This document shows, piece by piece, positions 53,556-63,184 of a stretch of 64,000 nt of DNA. The stretch comes from an uncultured SAR86 cluster bacterium. Lineage in GTDB: Bacteria; Pseudomonadota; Gammaproteobacteria; Magnimaribacterales; D2472. Numbering within the stretch: the stretch's first letter is position 1; each line of letters opens with the position of its first letter. The stretch spans positions 101,851 to 165,850 of the forward strand of contig CACBQK010000001.1 in assembly GCA_902541365.1 (NCBI GenBank), written 5' to 3'. The translations under genes were made by a program, and so were the position numbers. The notes under the pieces are model-generated. The model did not search any database. It was not told where the DNA came from and saw nothing but the letters and a program-made list of their open reading frames with translations.

Positions 53556-54455
53556 TTACTTCACCTCGTTTTTTATACCATAAGGAACATGAGCTGAAGT
53601 AATTTTACCCGATGCATCTTGAATATTCTTCAATTGATCATCAAAAAAGATGTCGGCTTGAAATGATTTTAAAAAATCTTCTTTTGACATACCTCCTAGA
53701 AAAAGAGATTCGTCAATTCTTACTCCCCATTCACGAAGAGTTTTAATTACTCTTTTATGAGTTGGAGCTGATCTAGCAGTTACCAGAGCAGTCCTTATTG
53801 GACACTCATCAAGAGTAAACTCTCTTTGAAGTCTGTTTAATTCCATCAAAAAAGGTTTCATTGGTCCTGGCTCTAAGCTATTCTTCTCACCCTTAGTTTC
53901 ATTCTTTATAAATGCTGAAATCCCTTTTTCATGATAGATTTTCTCAGATTCATCTGAAAAGATCACAGCATCTCCATCAAAAGCAATTTTTAATAGATGG
54001 CTATCTTGCTTGAAGTTACTTTTACCAGAAATTATCGTTGCAGAAGCAACATTGCTTTCGATAGCCATTCTTACATCTTCATTGCTACTTGAAAGAAAGA
54101 GGTCAATGTTAAAATCTTTTACATATTTATGAGGGCTTTCTCCACCGCAAAAAACGGCTCTTGAAATATCAAGACTATGAGCTTCAATAGAATTGAAAAC
54201 TCTCAAGCCTGTGTCTGCTGAGTTTCGAGATAACAAAATGACTTCTACTCTATCTTTGGATTTATATAAATTATTTATTTCAAGAATTTTCTTAACTAGT
54301 CCAAAAGCATTACCAGGGTTTAAGATCTTTTCTTCATTGAGGATTTGATATTCTCTATATGCATCGACACCATCTCTTTCAAAAATTTTATGGCTTTCAT
54401 CAAGATCAAACAATGCTCTAGAAGAGATACCAATTACTAATTTTGATTTTTTCAT
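53556..54455 (-). CDS. putative 5'-nucleotidase-family protein
   Basis: N-terminus LVIGISSRALFDLDESHKIFERDGVDAYREYQ resembles the bacterial 5'-nucleotidase (PF06189-type) family from memory. The assignment is tentative. Confidence 0.55.
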   Translation of the reverse strand: MKKSKLVIGISSRALFDLDESHKIFERDGVDAYREYQILNEEKILNPGNAFGLVKKILEINNLYKSKDRVEVILLSRNSADTGLRVFNSIEAHSLDISRAVFCGGESPHKYVKDFNIDLFLSSSNEDVRMAIESNVASATIISGKSNFKQDSHLLKIAFDGDAVIFSDESEKIYHEKGISAFIKNETKGEKNSLEPGPMKPFLMELNRLQREFTLDECPIRTALVTARSAPTHKRVIKTLREWGVRIDESLFLGGMSKEDFLKSFQADIFFDDQLKNIQDASGKITSAHVPYGIKNEVK

Positions 54456-54461
54456 TTCAAG

Positions 54462-54490
54462 TTGATTATAAAGTAAATATTATTTATACT
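54462..54490 (+). promoter_or_regulatory. candidate sigma70 promoter of lexA
   Basis: TTGATT (54462..54467), a 17-nt spacer, then TATACT (54485..54490). The -10 overlaps the LexA box. Confidence 0.5.
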
Positions 54491-54506
54491 GTATATATAT
54501 TCAGTA
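54487..54506. promoter_or_regulatory. LexA box (autoregulatory SOS operator)
   Basis: TACTGTATATATATTCAGTA with CTG-N10-CAG intact. It ends 5 nt before the lexA ATG. Confidence 0.9.
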
Positions 54507-54511
54507 AAATT

Positions 54512-55120
54512 ATGAAAGAACTTACTATTCAGCAAAAGAAAGTACTTCAATGTATTAAATTTTATATTAAAAAGACTGGTTTCCCACCAACTAGAGCGGA
54601 TATTTGTAGAGAGCTAGGCTTTAAATCCCCTAATGCAGCGGAGAGCCACTTAAGGGCTCTTGAAAAAAAGGGCTATATAACAATTGAAAATGGAGCATCT
54701 AGGGGTATAAATCTGACCGAAAACACTGCTGAAAAATCTCAAACAATTCCTGTTATTGGTTTAGTCGCTGCGGGATCACCAACTCTTGCAGATGAAAATA
54801 TTGAAAAACATATACCATTTCAAGAGTCACTTTTCTTATCTGACTTCGATTACTTTTTAAGAGTAAAGGGCCTTAGTATGAAAGATGCTGGAATCATGGA
54901 AGATGATCTTGTTGCCATTAAGAAGACATCAGAAGTTAGAAATGGGGATATAGTTGTAGCGAGGATAGATGATGAGGTAACTCTAAAATACTTCCAGTCA
55001 TCGGGTAATCAAATAAAACTTATCCCGGCAAACGACGACTTCGATGAAATATACATTAATAAAGAAACAGAAGGGTTCTTCATAGAGGGAAAAAGCGTAG
55101 GTTTAATTCGAGAAAATTAG
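54512..55120 (+). CDS. lexA: LexA repressor
   Basis: Winged-helix N-terminus MKELTIQQKKVLQCIKFYIKKTGFPPTRADICRELGFKSPNAAESHLRALEKKGYI. Cleavage site VAAG, GLSMKDAGI (Ser) and TLKYF (Lys). The start is set at ATG 54512; the track's upstream extension would run through its own operator. Confidence 0.95.
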   Translation: MKELTIQQKKVLQCIKFYIKKTGFPPTRADICRELGFKSPNAAESHLRALEKKGYITIENGASRGINLTENTAEKSQTIPVIGLVAAGSPTLADENIEKHIPFQESLFLSDFDYFLRVKGLSMKDAGIMEDDLVAIKKTSEVRNGDIVVARIDDEVTLKYFQSSGNQIKLIPANDDFDEIYINKETEGFFIEGKSVGLIREN

Positions 55121-55374
55121 TGAAGAGTAACTTCTTTTTTCTTTATATTATCTAACTGCGAATCAAAAAATTCATCGAAATCAGAAACATTACCGCTTAT
55201 TGATTCAATGCCTGCTCTAATCATCTCTTTAGCAATGTGAAGTTCTTGTCCTTGAAGTAACTGCTTTGATTCGCCAGAAAACTTAATTTTAACTAAAGGA
55301 TTTTCCTTATCATCAGACCTTCTAAGGACAATTGTGCCATCTGATAATTGGGCTAATTCAAGATAGTTATTCAT
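55117..55374 (-). CDS. hypothetical protein, 85 aa
   Basis: ORF downstream of topA. Its stop overlaps the lexA stop (convergent). No family recognised. Confidence 0.5.
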   Translation of the reverse strand: MNNYLELAQLSDGTIVLRRSDDKENPLVKIKFSGESKQLLQGQELHIAKEMIRAGIESISGNVSDFDEFFDSQLDNIKKKEVTLH

Positions 55375-55461
55375 TTTTTTGATTTAGTTCAGCGTAACAC
55401 CAACTTCATAAAAAGCAAGCTACTATTCTTATTTAGAGAGTCTTAATAAGATTTCAAGTGC

Positions 55462-58062
55462 TTATTTTTCTTTTCTCTGCCAACTACCCTCCTCGAAGAA
55501 GTAGTTATTTCCAGTCCTCTTGCCATCTTTTTCTGCAGAAAGATAATGAATGTCTAGATTTTTATTATATCTAATGACTAAGGGTGATCCATCCAAGTCA
55601 TTATCAGGACCATCTATTAGGTAATGATGCTTTTCAGGTAGAAGCTCCTTTACTTCATCAATAACTTTTAATTCAGCTGACTTTATTGCTCTTGTTTCCC
55701 TATTCTTTGGAAATTGACTAGCCGCTAAGAAAAGTCCTTTTAAGCTGTCTCTCAGGAGGAATATATCTTCGACCTTCTCACATGCAATGTTTGTATTTAT
55801 GGGATCCATAACAATTGGTTTGGGTTCTCCGTTCCTCATTAATTGTCTAGTTGCTCTACAATTATCATTTTGACAAAGAAAATACTTTCCAAATCTTCCA
55901 GTTTGCAATTGCATATCGGACCCACATTTATGACATTCAAGGGTTGGTCCATCATATCCTCTAATTTTAAATTGACCTTCTTCAAGAAGAAATCCAGAGC
56001 ACTCAGGATTATTTGCACACACATGAATTTTCCTATTTTCATCTATTAGGTAATTATCCATGCTAGTACCACAAATATGACATCGTTTTTTAATGAAGAG
56101 ATTTGAGGCTTCCTCTTGATCATCGACACTTACTGCCTCATCACCACTTATGAGGTTCATAGTATGCTTACATTGTTCATCACCAGACTTGAAATAGCCT
56201 GCGCAACCTAAGAAAACACCATTAGCTGAATTTCTAATTAACATATTACTCTTGTTGCAAGAGGGACAAATAATGTTTGTTTTAGTTGGTTCATTTGGCT
56301 TCATTCCATTTTCAGCTGATCCTGCATTATTAAGATCATCTTGAAATGTTTGATAAAACTTATTTAGAACTGATTTCCACTCAAGATTGCCAGAAGCTAT
56401 TTCATCAAGTTCATTTTCTAAATTGGCTGTAAAGTCATAATCCATGATTTCATTGAAACTTTCCATCAGTCTGTCAGAAACAATCAATCCAATTTTGTTT
56501 ACGAAGAATCTTTTATTTTCAAGCTTCACATAACCCCTAGCCTGAATTGTAGAAATAATTGCTGCATACGTAGATGGTCTTCCTATTCCTTTGCTTTCAA
56601 GCTCTTTTACAAGTGCTGCCTCGGAGAATCGAGCAGGAGGTTTCGTAAACTTTTTTTCATTCTTTACTTCAGCCAATTTTAAAACCTGTCCCTCTTCTAA
56701 ACTTGGAAGGTTTTCTTCATCTGCTTTTTTAGCATTTTGTTTAGATATTTTTGTATAACCATCAAAGATTACCTCTCTTCCTCTTGCACTGAAAACATAA
56801 TCATCAAGAACAACTTTTGCATTAATTGATAAATATTTTGCATCTGGCATTTGACATGCAATAAACTGTCTCCAAATTAAGTCATATAATTTAACTTCTT
56901 CTTCTGAGTGACCGGTAAGCTTTTCGGGAGTTAAGCTTGCGCTTGTTGGTCTTATTGCCTCATGGGCCTCTTGAGCATTTTCTTTCCCTGAATAGATTCG
57001 TGGTTTTTCAGTTAGATATTCCTCAGCAAGAGTATCTTTAATAAACAATCTTGCATCTTCAATTGAATCATTACTTAAGCTAGGAGCATCAGTTCTCATA
57101 TAGGTAATTCTTCCAGCTTCATAAAGCTTTTGGGCAACTCGCATGGTTCTTGAAACACCAAAGCCTAACTTCGAGCTAGCGGCCTGCTGAAGAGTTGATG
57201 TTATAAATGGTGCTCTTGGTTTAACTGTTGTAGGTTTCTTAGTAATTTCAGATATTTTTAGACTTGAACTGTTTACGAGTTCCTCAATTTTCTTCGCTTC
57301 ATCTTCTTCTAGAAGAGGATCGCTTTTTTTTCTATTTAACTTAAATAAGATTTCTTCATGATTAAAATCCTTAAGAGTTGCTGATATTTCCCAAAATTCC
57401 TCAGGTTGAAATTGAGAAATTAATTTTTCTCTTTCACAAAGCAGTCTTAGAGCAACAGACTGAACTCTTCCTGCTGATAAGCCTCTTGCAATCTTCTTCC
57501 ATAATAGTGGGGAGAGTTCAAAACCTACCACCCTGTCAAGAAATCTTCTTGCTTGCTGGGCATTTACAAGATCTTGATCTATCTCCTTAGGATCTGAGAA
57601 AGATTCTAATATTGAGCTTTTTGTAATTTCGTTAAATCTTACTCTGTGATATTCAAATTTATTTTTTCCTAAAGCTTCTTTCAAGTGCCAAGCTATGGCT
57701 TCTCCCTCTCTATCAAGATCAGTAGCAAGATAAACTTTTTCTACTTCCTTTGAAGCTTTCCTTAAATCTTTTATTACCTTTTCTTTGTCAGGAATAATTT
57801 CATAATTGGCAGTCCATCCATCATCAGGATTTATACCCATTCTCCTAATTATCCTTCTTCTTTCTTGCTCTTTTTTTAATCTAGCCTTTTCTTCAGGGCT
57901 AGCATCTTTTGGGATTGAATTTTGTCTCTTAGCTTTTGATTTTCCCTTTGGTAAATCTCTTATATGACCGACACTTGATTTAACAATATACTCGTTACCA
58001 AGATATTTTGATATCGTCTTTGCCTTTGCAGGTGACTCTACAATTACAAGTGATTTTGACAT
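55462..58062 (-). CDS. topA: DNA topoisomerase I
   Basis: Toprim TDLDREGEAIAWH, active-site RITYMRTD, and several C-terminal CxxC...CxxC zinc ribbons. 866 aa. Confidence 0.97.
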   Translation of the reverse strand: MSKSLVIVESPAKAKTISKYLGNEYIVKSSVGHIRDLPKGKSKAKRQNSIPKDASPEEKARLKKEQERRRIIRRMGINPDDGWTANYEIIPDKEKVIKDLRKASKEVEKVYLATDLDREGEAIAWHLKEALGKNKFEYHRVRFNEITKSSILESFSDPKEIDQDLVNAQQARRFLDRVVGFELSPLLWKKIARGLSAGRVQSVALRLLCEREKLISQFQPEEFWEISATLKDFNHEEILFKLNRKKSDPLLEEDEAKKIEELVNSSSLKISEITKKPTTVKPRAPFITSTLQQAASSKLGFGVSRTMRVAQKLYEAGRITYMRTDAPSLSNDSIEDARLFIKDTLAEEYLTEKPRIYSGKENAQEAHEAIRPTSASLTPEKLTGHSEEEVKLYDLIWRQFIACQMPDAKYLSINAKVVLDDYVFSARGREVIFDGYTKISKQNAKKADEENLPSLEEGQVLKLAEVKNEKKFTKPPARFSEAALVKELESKGIGRPSTYAAIISTIQARGYVKLENKRFFVNKIGLIVSDRLMESFNEIMDYDFTANLENELDEIASGNLEWKSVLNKFYQTFQDDLNNAGSAENGMKPNEPTKTNIICPSCNKSNMLIRNSANGVFLGCAGYFKSGDEQCKHTMNLISGDEAVSVDDQEEASNLFIKKRCHICGTSMDNYLIDENRKIHVCANNPECSGFLLEEGQFKIRGYDGPTLECHKCGSDMQLQTGRFGKYFLCQNDNCRATRQLMRNGEPKPIVMDPINTNIACEKVEDIFLLRDSLKGLFLAASQFPKNRETRAIKSAELKVIDEVKELLPEKHHYLIDGPDNDLDGSPLVIRYNKNLDIHYLSAEKDGKRTGNNYFFEEGSWQRKEK

Positions 58063-58117
58063 AAATTTTGCTCTCCCTTTTTAGGAATAACATGTTTCTA
58101 ATAATTTTGGCAAGAGA

Positions 58118-58558
58118 TTATATAGAAAAATTCTTTAATTGTTTCTCAATTTTTTCCAATTCATCAATGCCAAGGTTCTCATTCCATAAAAACGATATGT
58201 ATGAATCATTAAAAATAATTTCAAGTATTGAGCCAGGTAAATTCGATATTTTATTTTCTATTTCTTCAAAATTTTCATCGAATTTTAGTTTTATTGGATC
58301 ATACAAAGTAAGAGAAGATTCTTTAAAAACATAGTGTGCATTTTTTAAATTACTTATGTTTTTGAGCGAGTAACAAACAAACTTAACATTTTTTGTAACA
58401 AACTTTTGCTTTGATGTTAGGGATGAGATTTGGAATCCCTTTTTTCTAGCCCTGAGTCTCAAATCTGAAAGCATGCGAGTTTGTTTGGTAGGAACTACTA
58501 AATTTATTGAGCCCATTAAAAATAGTATCACCAAGCCTATGATGATGTAGGTATTCAT
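58118..58558 (-). CDS. membrane-anchored hypothetical protein, 146 aa
   Basis: A single N-terminal hydrophobic helix IIIGLVILFLMGSINLVV. ATGA-type overlap with pyrD. No family recognised. Confidence 0.55.
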   Translation of the reverse strand: MNTYIIIGLVILFLMGSINLVVPTKQTRMLSDLRLRARKKGFQISSLTSKQKFVTKNVKFVCYSLKNISNLKNAHYVFKESSLTLYDPIKLKFDENFEEIENKISNLPGSILEIIFNDSYISFLWNENLGIDELEKIEKQLKNFSI

Positions 58559-59538
58559 CTAGATAAGATTTTTTTTACGATTGCAGGTCCCTCAAAAATG
58601 AACCCAGTATAAATCTGCACCAAGCTAGCACCTAACCTTATCTTATTTTCATAATCCTCTTTTGTGAAAACTCCACCAACGCCAACTAAGAAAATATCTT
58701 TATCAAATTCATGTATCCTTTTTAAAAATTGGGTAGATTTTTTAAATAAGGGTTTGCCAGAAATCCCACCTTCATGAGAGCACCCCTCAAGAATATCCTT
58801 GTCAATTGAAGTATTTGTAACTATCAATCCATTAATTTTTAAAGTTTTATATATGTTAACAATTTTAAAAATTGTCTCTTCGTCTTCATCTGGTGATATT
58901 TTTAGAAAAACTGGGATCTCAGTTTTATTTGTGGATTTGATTTCATTAATTCTTTTAAAAATCTTTTCAAGCTCATCTGGATTATGGAGTTTCCTTAATT
59001 TTGGAGTATTTGGTGAGGAGATGTTTACTGTGACGTAATCACAATATTTGTAAACTTTTTCAAAGCAGAAGACATAATCCTCTATCCTTTGATCATTTGT
59101 GCTTTCTTTATTAGCTCCAATATTAACTCCAATTACTGCATCATATTTTTTATTTTTTATTTTAGAAACTAAATAATTAACTCCTTTATTATTAAATCCA
59201 AGCCTGTTGACAACTGCTTGCTGGTTTAAATATCTAAATACCCTAGGTTTTTGATTTCCCTCTTGGGGTTTTGGTGTAACTGTTCCAAGCTCAACAAATC
59301 CAAATCCAAGCGATTCAAGCTCATCAACATAATCGCCATTCTTATCAAGACCAGCTGCTACGCCCAGCGTGTTTCTAAATTTAAGATTGAAATATTCTTT
59401 AGGATTATCAAAATCTTTATTGTCGGGAAAGAAAAGCTTCAAAATCCCAACTTTATTTAAAATTTTTAAACTTAATAAAGCTAAATGGTGAGCGGTTTCC
59501 GGTGGGAAGAATCTAAAAATCTTTATAAAAGCTTTCAA
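58555..59538 (-). CDS. pyrD: dihydroorotate dehydrogenase (quinone), class 2
   Basis: GFGFVELGTVTP and NISSPNTP motifs. 327 aa. Confidence 0.93.
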   Translation of the reverse strand: MKAFIKIFRFFPPETAHHLALLSLKILNKVGILKLFFPDNKDFDNPKEYFNLKFRNTLGVAAGLDKNGDYVDELESLGFGFVELGTVTPKPQEGNQKPRVFRYLNQQAVVNRLGFNNKGVNYLVSKIKNKKYDAVIGVNIGANKESTNDQRIEDYVFCFEKVYKYCDYVTVNISSPNTPKLRKLHNPDELEKIFKRINEIKSTNKTEIPVFLKISPDEDEETIFKIVNIYKTLKINGLIVTNTSIDKDILEGCSHEGGISGKPLFKKSTQFLKRIHEFDKDIFLVGVGGVFTKEDYENKIRLGASLVQIYTGFIFEGPAIVKKILSR

Positions 59539-59539
59539 T

Positions 59540-60391
59540 CTATTTTTCTATAATGCTTTTGTATTTATCTATACTTAAAGCCCTATCAATAATTGCTGAA
59601 ATGTATCCTTCTCTGCTTCCGCAATCAAATCTTCTGCCTTCAAACTCTAATGCAAAAACACCTTGGTTTGAAATCAAGTCTTGAATTGCATCTGTCAGCT
59701 GTATTTCATTATTAAGACCAGGTTTTGTTTGTTCAATATTCAAGAAAATATCTTTTGACAATATATATCTTCCAAACACAGCTAAATTTGAAGGAGCATC
59801 AGCAGGTTTTGGTTTTTCAACTATTCCATCAACTTTTTCTATACCATCAATATTTTTTGAGCTAATTACTCCATAATTTGATATTTGATTTTCAGAAGCA
59901 GAAAAAACTCCAAGAACCGAGGACTGGGTTTTCTCATGAATTTCAAGGAGTTGCTTTAAGCAGCCCGGTTCTGACAAAATTAAGTCATCTGCAAGAATAA
60001 TCCCAAAAAAATCATCTGTAATAATATGTTTTGCTTGAAGAATTGCATGTCCCAAACCATTTGGCTCACTTTGTCTTATAAATGAAAATTTAATTTCATC
60101 TAAGTACTTGGGATGAATAATTTCAACAACTTCTGACTTTCCTAAATCATTTAATCTGTGCTCAAGCTCATAATTCATACTAAAGTAGTCTTCTATAGCT
60201 TTTTTAGTATGGCTTGTTACAAAAATTATCTCTTCGATTCCAGCTTCAATTGCTTCTTCAACTGCAAACTGAATTAAAGGTTTGTCAATTATTGGCAGCA
60301 TCTCCTTAGGGATTGATTTTGTAACGGGGAGGAAGCGAGATCCAAGTCCAGCAACTGGAAAAACAGCTTGCTTTAATTTTGATTTACTCAT
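59540..60391 (-). CDS. galU: UTP--glucose-1-phosphate uridylyltransferase
   Basis: MSKSKLKQAVFPVAGLGSRFLP aligns with the E. coli GalU N-terminus, so I use ATG 60391 rather than the track's GTG 60430. Confidence 0.93.
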   Translation of the reverse strand: MSKSKLKQAVFPVAGLGSRFLPVTKSIPKEMLPIIDKPLIQFAVEEAIEAGIEEIIFVTSHTKKAIEDYFSMNYELEHRLNDLGKSEVVEIIHPKYLDEIKFSFIRQSEPNGLGHAILQAKHIITDDFFGIILADDLILSEPGCLKQLLEIHEKTQSSVLGVFSASENQISNYGVISSKNIDGIEKVDGIVEKPKPADAPSNLAVFGRYILSKDIFLNIEQTKPGLNNEIQLTDAIQDLISNQGVFALEFEGRRFDCGSREGYISAIIDRALSIDKYKSIIEK

Positions 60392-61013
60392 AATTTTTTC
60401 GACTATTATACATCTGAAATAAATAACCACATATGATTCCTGAAATTAGCCCTCCCAGATGAGCAAAATTTGCTATCTTTCCAAAACCTAATAGATCTAA
60501 GAATCCTGTAAAACCAAAGAATAGCCAAATAAACATGAATAAATAAATTGCCGACGGGAATGAATATTTATTAATTCTTGAAAATGTTTCTTGAACAAAA
60601 CAAAACCCTAATAATCCATATACAACTCCAGACAGACCGCCAAATATTGATGGGCCAGAAAAAGCATATTGAGCATAATTGCTAGAAGCTGAAGTAATTA
60701 AAATTAAGATCAAGAAAAGCCATTTGCCATCAAATTCTTCTATTTCCTTGCCCAAAATATAAACCCATAAGCAATTAAATATTAGGTGCGTAGGAGAAAA
60801 GTGGATAAGCATTGGTGTTATTAGTCTCCACCATTCATTACTTATTAAATAGGTTGTTTGAAAGTCATAAAATTGAATTTGATTGAAACTTATCAGGAAT
60901 TTATTAAAAAATATCGGCTCTATAAGATTTAATTTAGAGCCAAAGCTTGAAGAAAAAGATACTAAACAAGCAAAAGCTATTAACCAGATAAATATTTTAT
61001 TTGGGAGTTGCAA
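60384..61013 (-). CDS. rhomboid-family intramembrane serine protease
   Basis: Catalytic GGLSGVVYGL (Ser) and AHLGGLISG (His), and WWRLITPMLIH. TTG start; the next in-frame Met would delete the first helix. Confidence 0.85.
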   Translation of the reverse strand: MQLPNKIFIWLIAFACLVSFSSSFGSKLNLIEPIFFNKFLISFNQIQFYDFQTTYLISNEWWRLITPMLIHFSPTHLIFNCLWVYILGKEIEEFDGKWLFLILILITSASSNYAQYAFSGPSIFGGLSGVVYGLLGFCFVQETFSRINKYSFPSAIYLFMFIWLFFGFTGFLDLLGFGKIANFAHLGGLISGIICGYLFQMYNSRKNYE

Positions 61014-61015
61014 GA

Positions 61016-61885
61016 TTATCTTTTAGTGACGTCCAATGCCCAGCCAAGCTTATCTCGACATGCTTCAAAGAAATTATAATTTGATGGATGGACTAATTTA
61101 AGGACATCATTTTTTTCAGATATATTTACTTTGGTGCCATAACCTATTGGTAGCTCTGTCTGACCATCTGCAGATATATATGCATTTTTGTCTGGACCAC
61201 TAGTTACTTGTATCTCAACTTTTCGATCAGAAGAAATAATGAAGGGTCTTGAGGAAAGATTATGTGGCAACATCGGGATGATGCTCCAGACTTTAAGATT
61301 AGGATATATTATTGACCCTCCAGCAGATAATGAATACGCAGTCGATCCTGTCGGAGTAGAAATAATTAATCCATCCGCTCTTTCTTCGAAGATAAGCTGA
61401 TCATCAACAGTGACACTGAATTTCATCATTTGTGCATAAGATCCTGAGTGAAGAACTATTTCATTGAGACCAAAAATTTCTTTGTCACCGAATTCTGCTT
61501 TAACAAAAGATCTCTCTTCTAATTTAAAATTGCTATTGAATACATCATCGATTGATTGCTTAAAGTTATTTTCAGAGCTATCTGTTAGAAAACCAACTTG
61601 CCCAAAATTTACACCCATTATTGGTATGTCATAAGCAATAAAGTCTCTGGCAGTTGAAAGCATTGTTCCATCGCCTCCAAATACAATTATTAAATCAGAT
61701 TGATCGCCAAGCTCATCTTTTGATAGCTTAGGAAAATCACTTGGAGCATCTTCAGCTGATTCATGGAAATACAATTCTTTGGAGTGTGAAAGAATAGTTT
61801 CAATATGCGGAGATATATCTTTAACAAAAGATAAGGATTCCTTATAAATTACTCCAATTTTTTTAAACATAATTGAATTATACAT
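61016..61885 (-). CDS. nadK: NAD kinase
   Basis: GGDGTML and TPTGSTAYSLSAGG motifs. The start could also be ATG 61870. Confidence 0.92.
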   Translation of the reverse strand: MYNSIMFKKIGVIYKESLSFVKDISPHIETILSHSKELYFHESAEDAPSDFPKLSKDELGDQSDLIIVFGGDGTMLSTARDFIAYDIPIMGVNFGQVGFLTDSSENNFKQSIDDVFNSNFKLEERSFVKAEFGDKEIFGLNEIVLHSGSYAQMMKFSVTVDDQLIFEERADGLIISTPTGSTAYSLSAGGSIIYPNLKVWSIIPMLPHNLSSRPFIISSDRKVEIQVTSGPDKNAYISADGQTELPIGYGTKVNISEKNDVLKLVHPSNYNFFEACRDKLGWALDVTKR

Positions 61886-61990
61886 CCATTAAAAAAGAAT
61901 TTATTAACCGTTTTTTGGAGATCATTTCTTGATATTCAATGCAAAATATTTAAAAATTGATTTTTCAATTAATTTACATTTATAAATAAT

Positions 61991-63184
61991 ATGAGCGACT
62001 TAGAAAATTTTAGAGTTGAAGTCAAAGATTGGCTTGATAAGAATTGCCCCTCAACTATGAGAGCTGGAGCACCTGCTGACACACCTATTGATGAAGTATG
62101 GGGAGGTAGAAAAGCAGTTTATAAGAATCCTGATTCAAAATTATGGCTCGATAGAATGGGAGAAAAAGGATGGACCATGCCCACAGTACCAAAAGAATAT
62201 GGTGGTGGTGGCCTAAATAAAGAGGAAGTAAAAATACTTAATGAAGAAATGTTTGCTATTGGAGCTCGAGCTCCTCTTCTTAGTTTTGGTATATGGATGC
62301 TTGCCCCTGTTTTACTTGAGTACGGCAATGAAGTGCAAAAAAGAGAACACCTTCCTAAAATAATTAAAGGTGAAATTAGATGGTGTCAGGGATACTCAGA
62401 ACCTGGTTCTGGATCAGATTTAGCAAGTCTTGCTACTAAAGCAGAAGATATGGGAGACCATTTCCTAGTAAATGGACAGAAAGTTTGGACATCATATGCA
62501 GATAAAGCTGATTGGATCTTTGCTCTAGTCAGAACTGGACCAAAAGAACCAAAACATAACGGGATAAGCTTTTTGCTGATTGATATGGAAAATCCTGGAG
62601 TTTCTACTAAACCTATTACATTGATAAGTGGCAAGTCACCATTTTGTGAAACATTTTTTGATAACGTTGAAGTTCCAAAAGAGAATCTTGTGGGTGAGCT
62701 TAATTCAGGTTGGACAATTGCAAAAAAATTGCTACAGCATGAAAGAAAATTTATATCTAACTTTGGACTTGCTGCTGGAATGGGTAGCAAAAAAGATGTT
62801 GTTTCGTTAGCCAAAAAACATTTTGGTGAGGATGAAGGAAAAATATCAAATCCTATATTTAGGTCGAAGGTTATAGATCATAAAATGAAAGAACATGCTT
62901 TTGGATTGACCCTTCAAAGAGCTGCAGATGAGGGAGGTAAAGCTTCTGCAGTAGCTTCAATGTTCAAATACTACGGAACTGAGCATAACAAAAGAAGGCA
63001 CGAGCTTATGGTTGCAGCCTCTGGAGTTAATGGACTTGCATGGGATGGGAACGAGTTTGATGATAGTGAAAAGAATCTTACAAGGGCTTGGCTGAGAACA
63101 AAGGGTAACTCCATAGAAGGTGGTACCTCAGAAGTGCAACTAAATGTAATTTCTAAAAGAGTGCTTGAGCTCCCATCAGGATAA
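61991..63184 (+). CDS. acyl-CoA dehydrogenase family protein
   Basis: CQGYSEPGSGSDL and C-terminal IEGGTSEVQ (catalytic-Glu region). 397 aa. Confidence 0.9.
   Translation: MSDLENFRVEVKDWLDKNCPSTMRAGAPADTPIDEVWGGRKAVYKNPDSKLWLDRMGEKGWTMPTVPKEYGGGGLNKEEVKILNEEMFAIGARAPLLSFGIWMLAPVLLEYGNEVQKREHLPKIIKGEIRWCQGYSEPGSGSDLASLATKAEDMGDHFLVNGQKVWTSYADKADWIFALVRTGPKEPKHNGISFLLIDMENPGVSTKPITLISGKSPFCETFFDNVEVPKENLVGELNSGWTIAKKLLQHERKFISNFGLAAGMGSKKDVVSLAKKHFGEDEGKISNPIFRSKVIDHKMKEHAFGLTLQRAADEGGKASAVASMFKYYGTEHNKRRHELMVAASGVNGLAWDGNEFDDSEKNLTRAWLRTKGNSIEGGTSEVQLNVISKRVLELPSG

Noticed and set aside
54443-54511. The N-terminal extension of lexA given in the ORF track (MIFSFQVDYKVNIIYTVYIFSKI...).
   Set aside because: It would be translated through the lexA promoter and LexA box. 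Homology to LexA begins exactly at MKELTIQQKK (ATG 54512).
60392-60430. A GTG-initiated 13-codon extension of galU.
   Set aside because: The GalU alignment starts at MSKSKLKQAV. The extension lies inside the rhomboid gene.
62386-62814. A 142-aa minus-strand ORF.
   Set aside because: It is an antisense shadow of the first acyl-CoA dehydrogenase gene.
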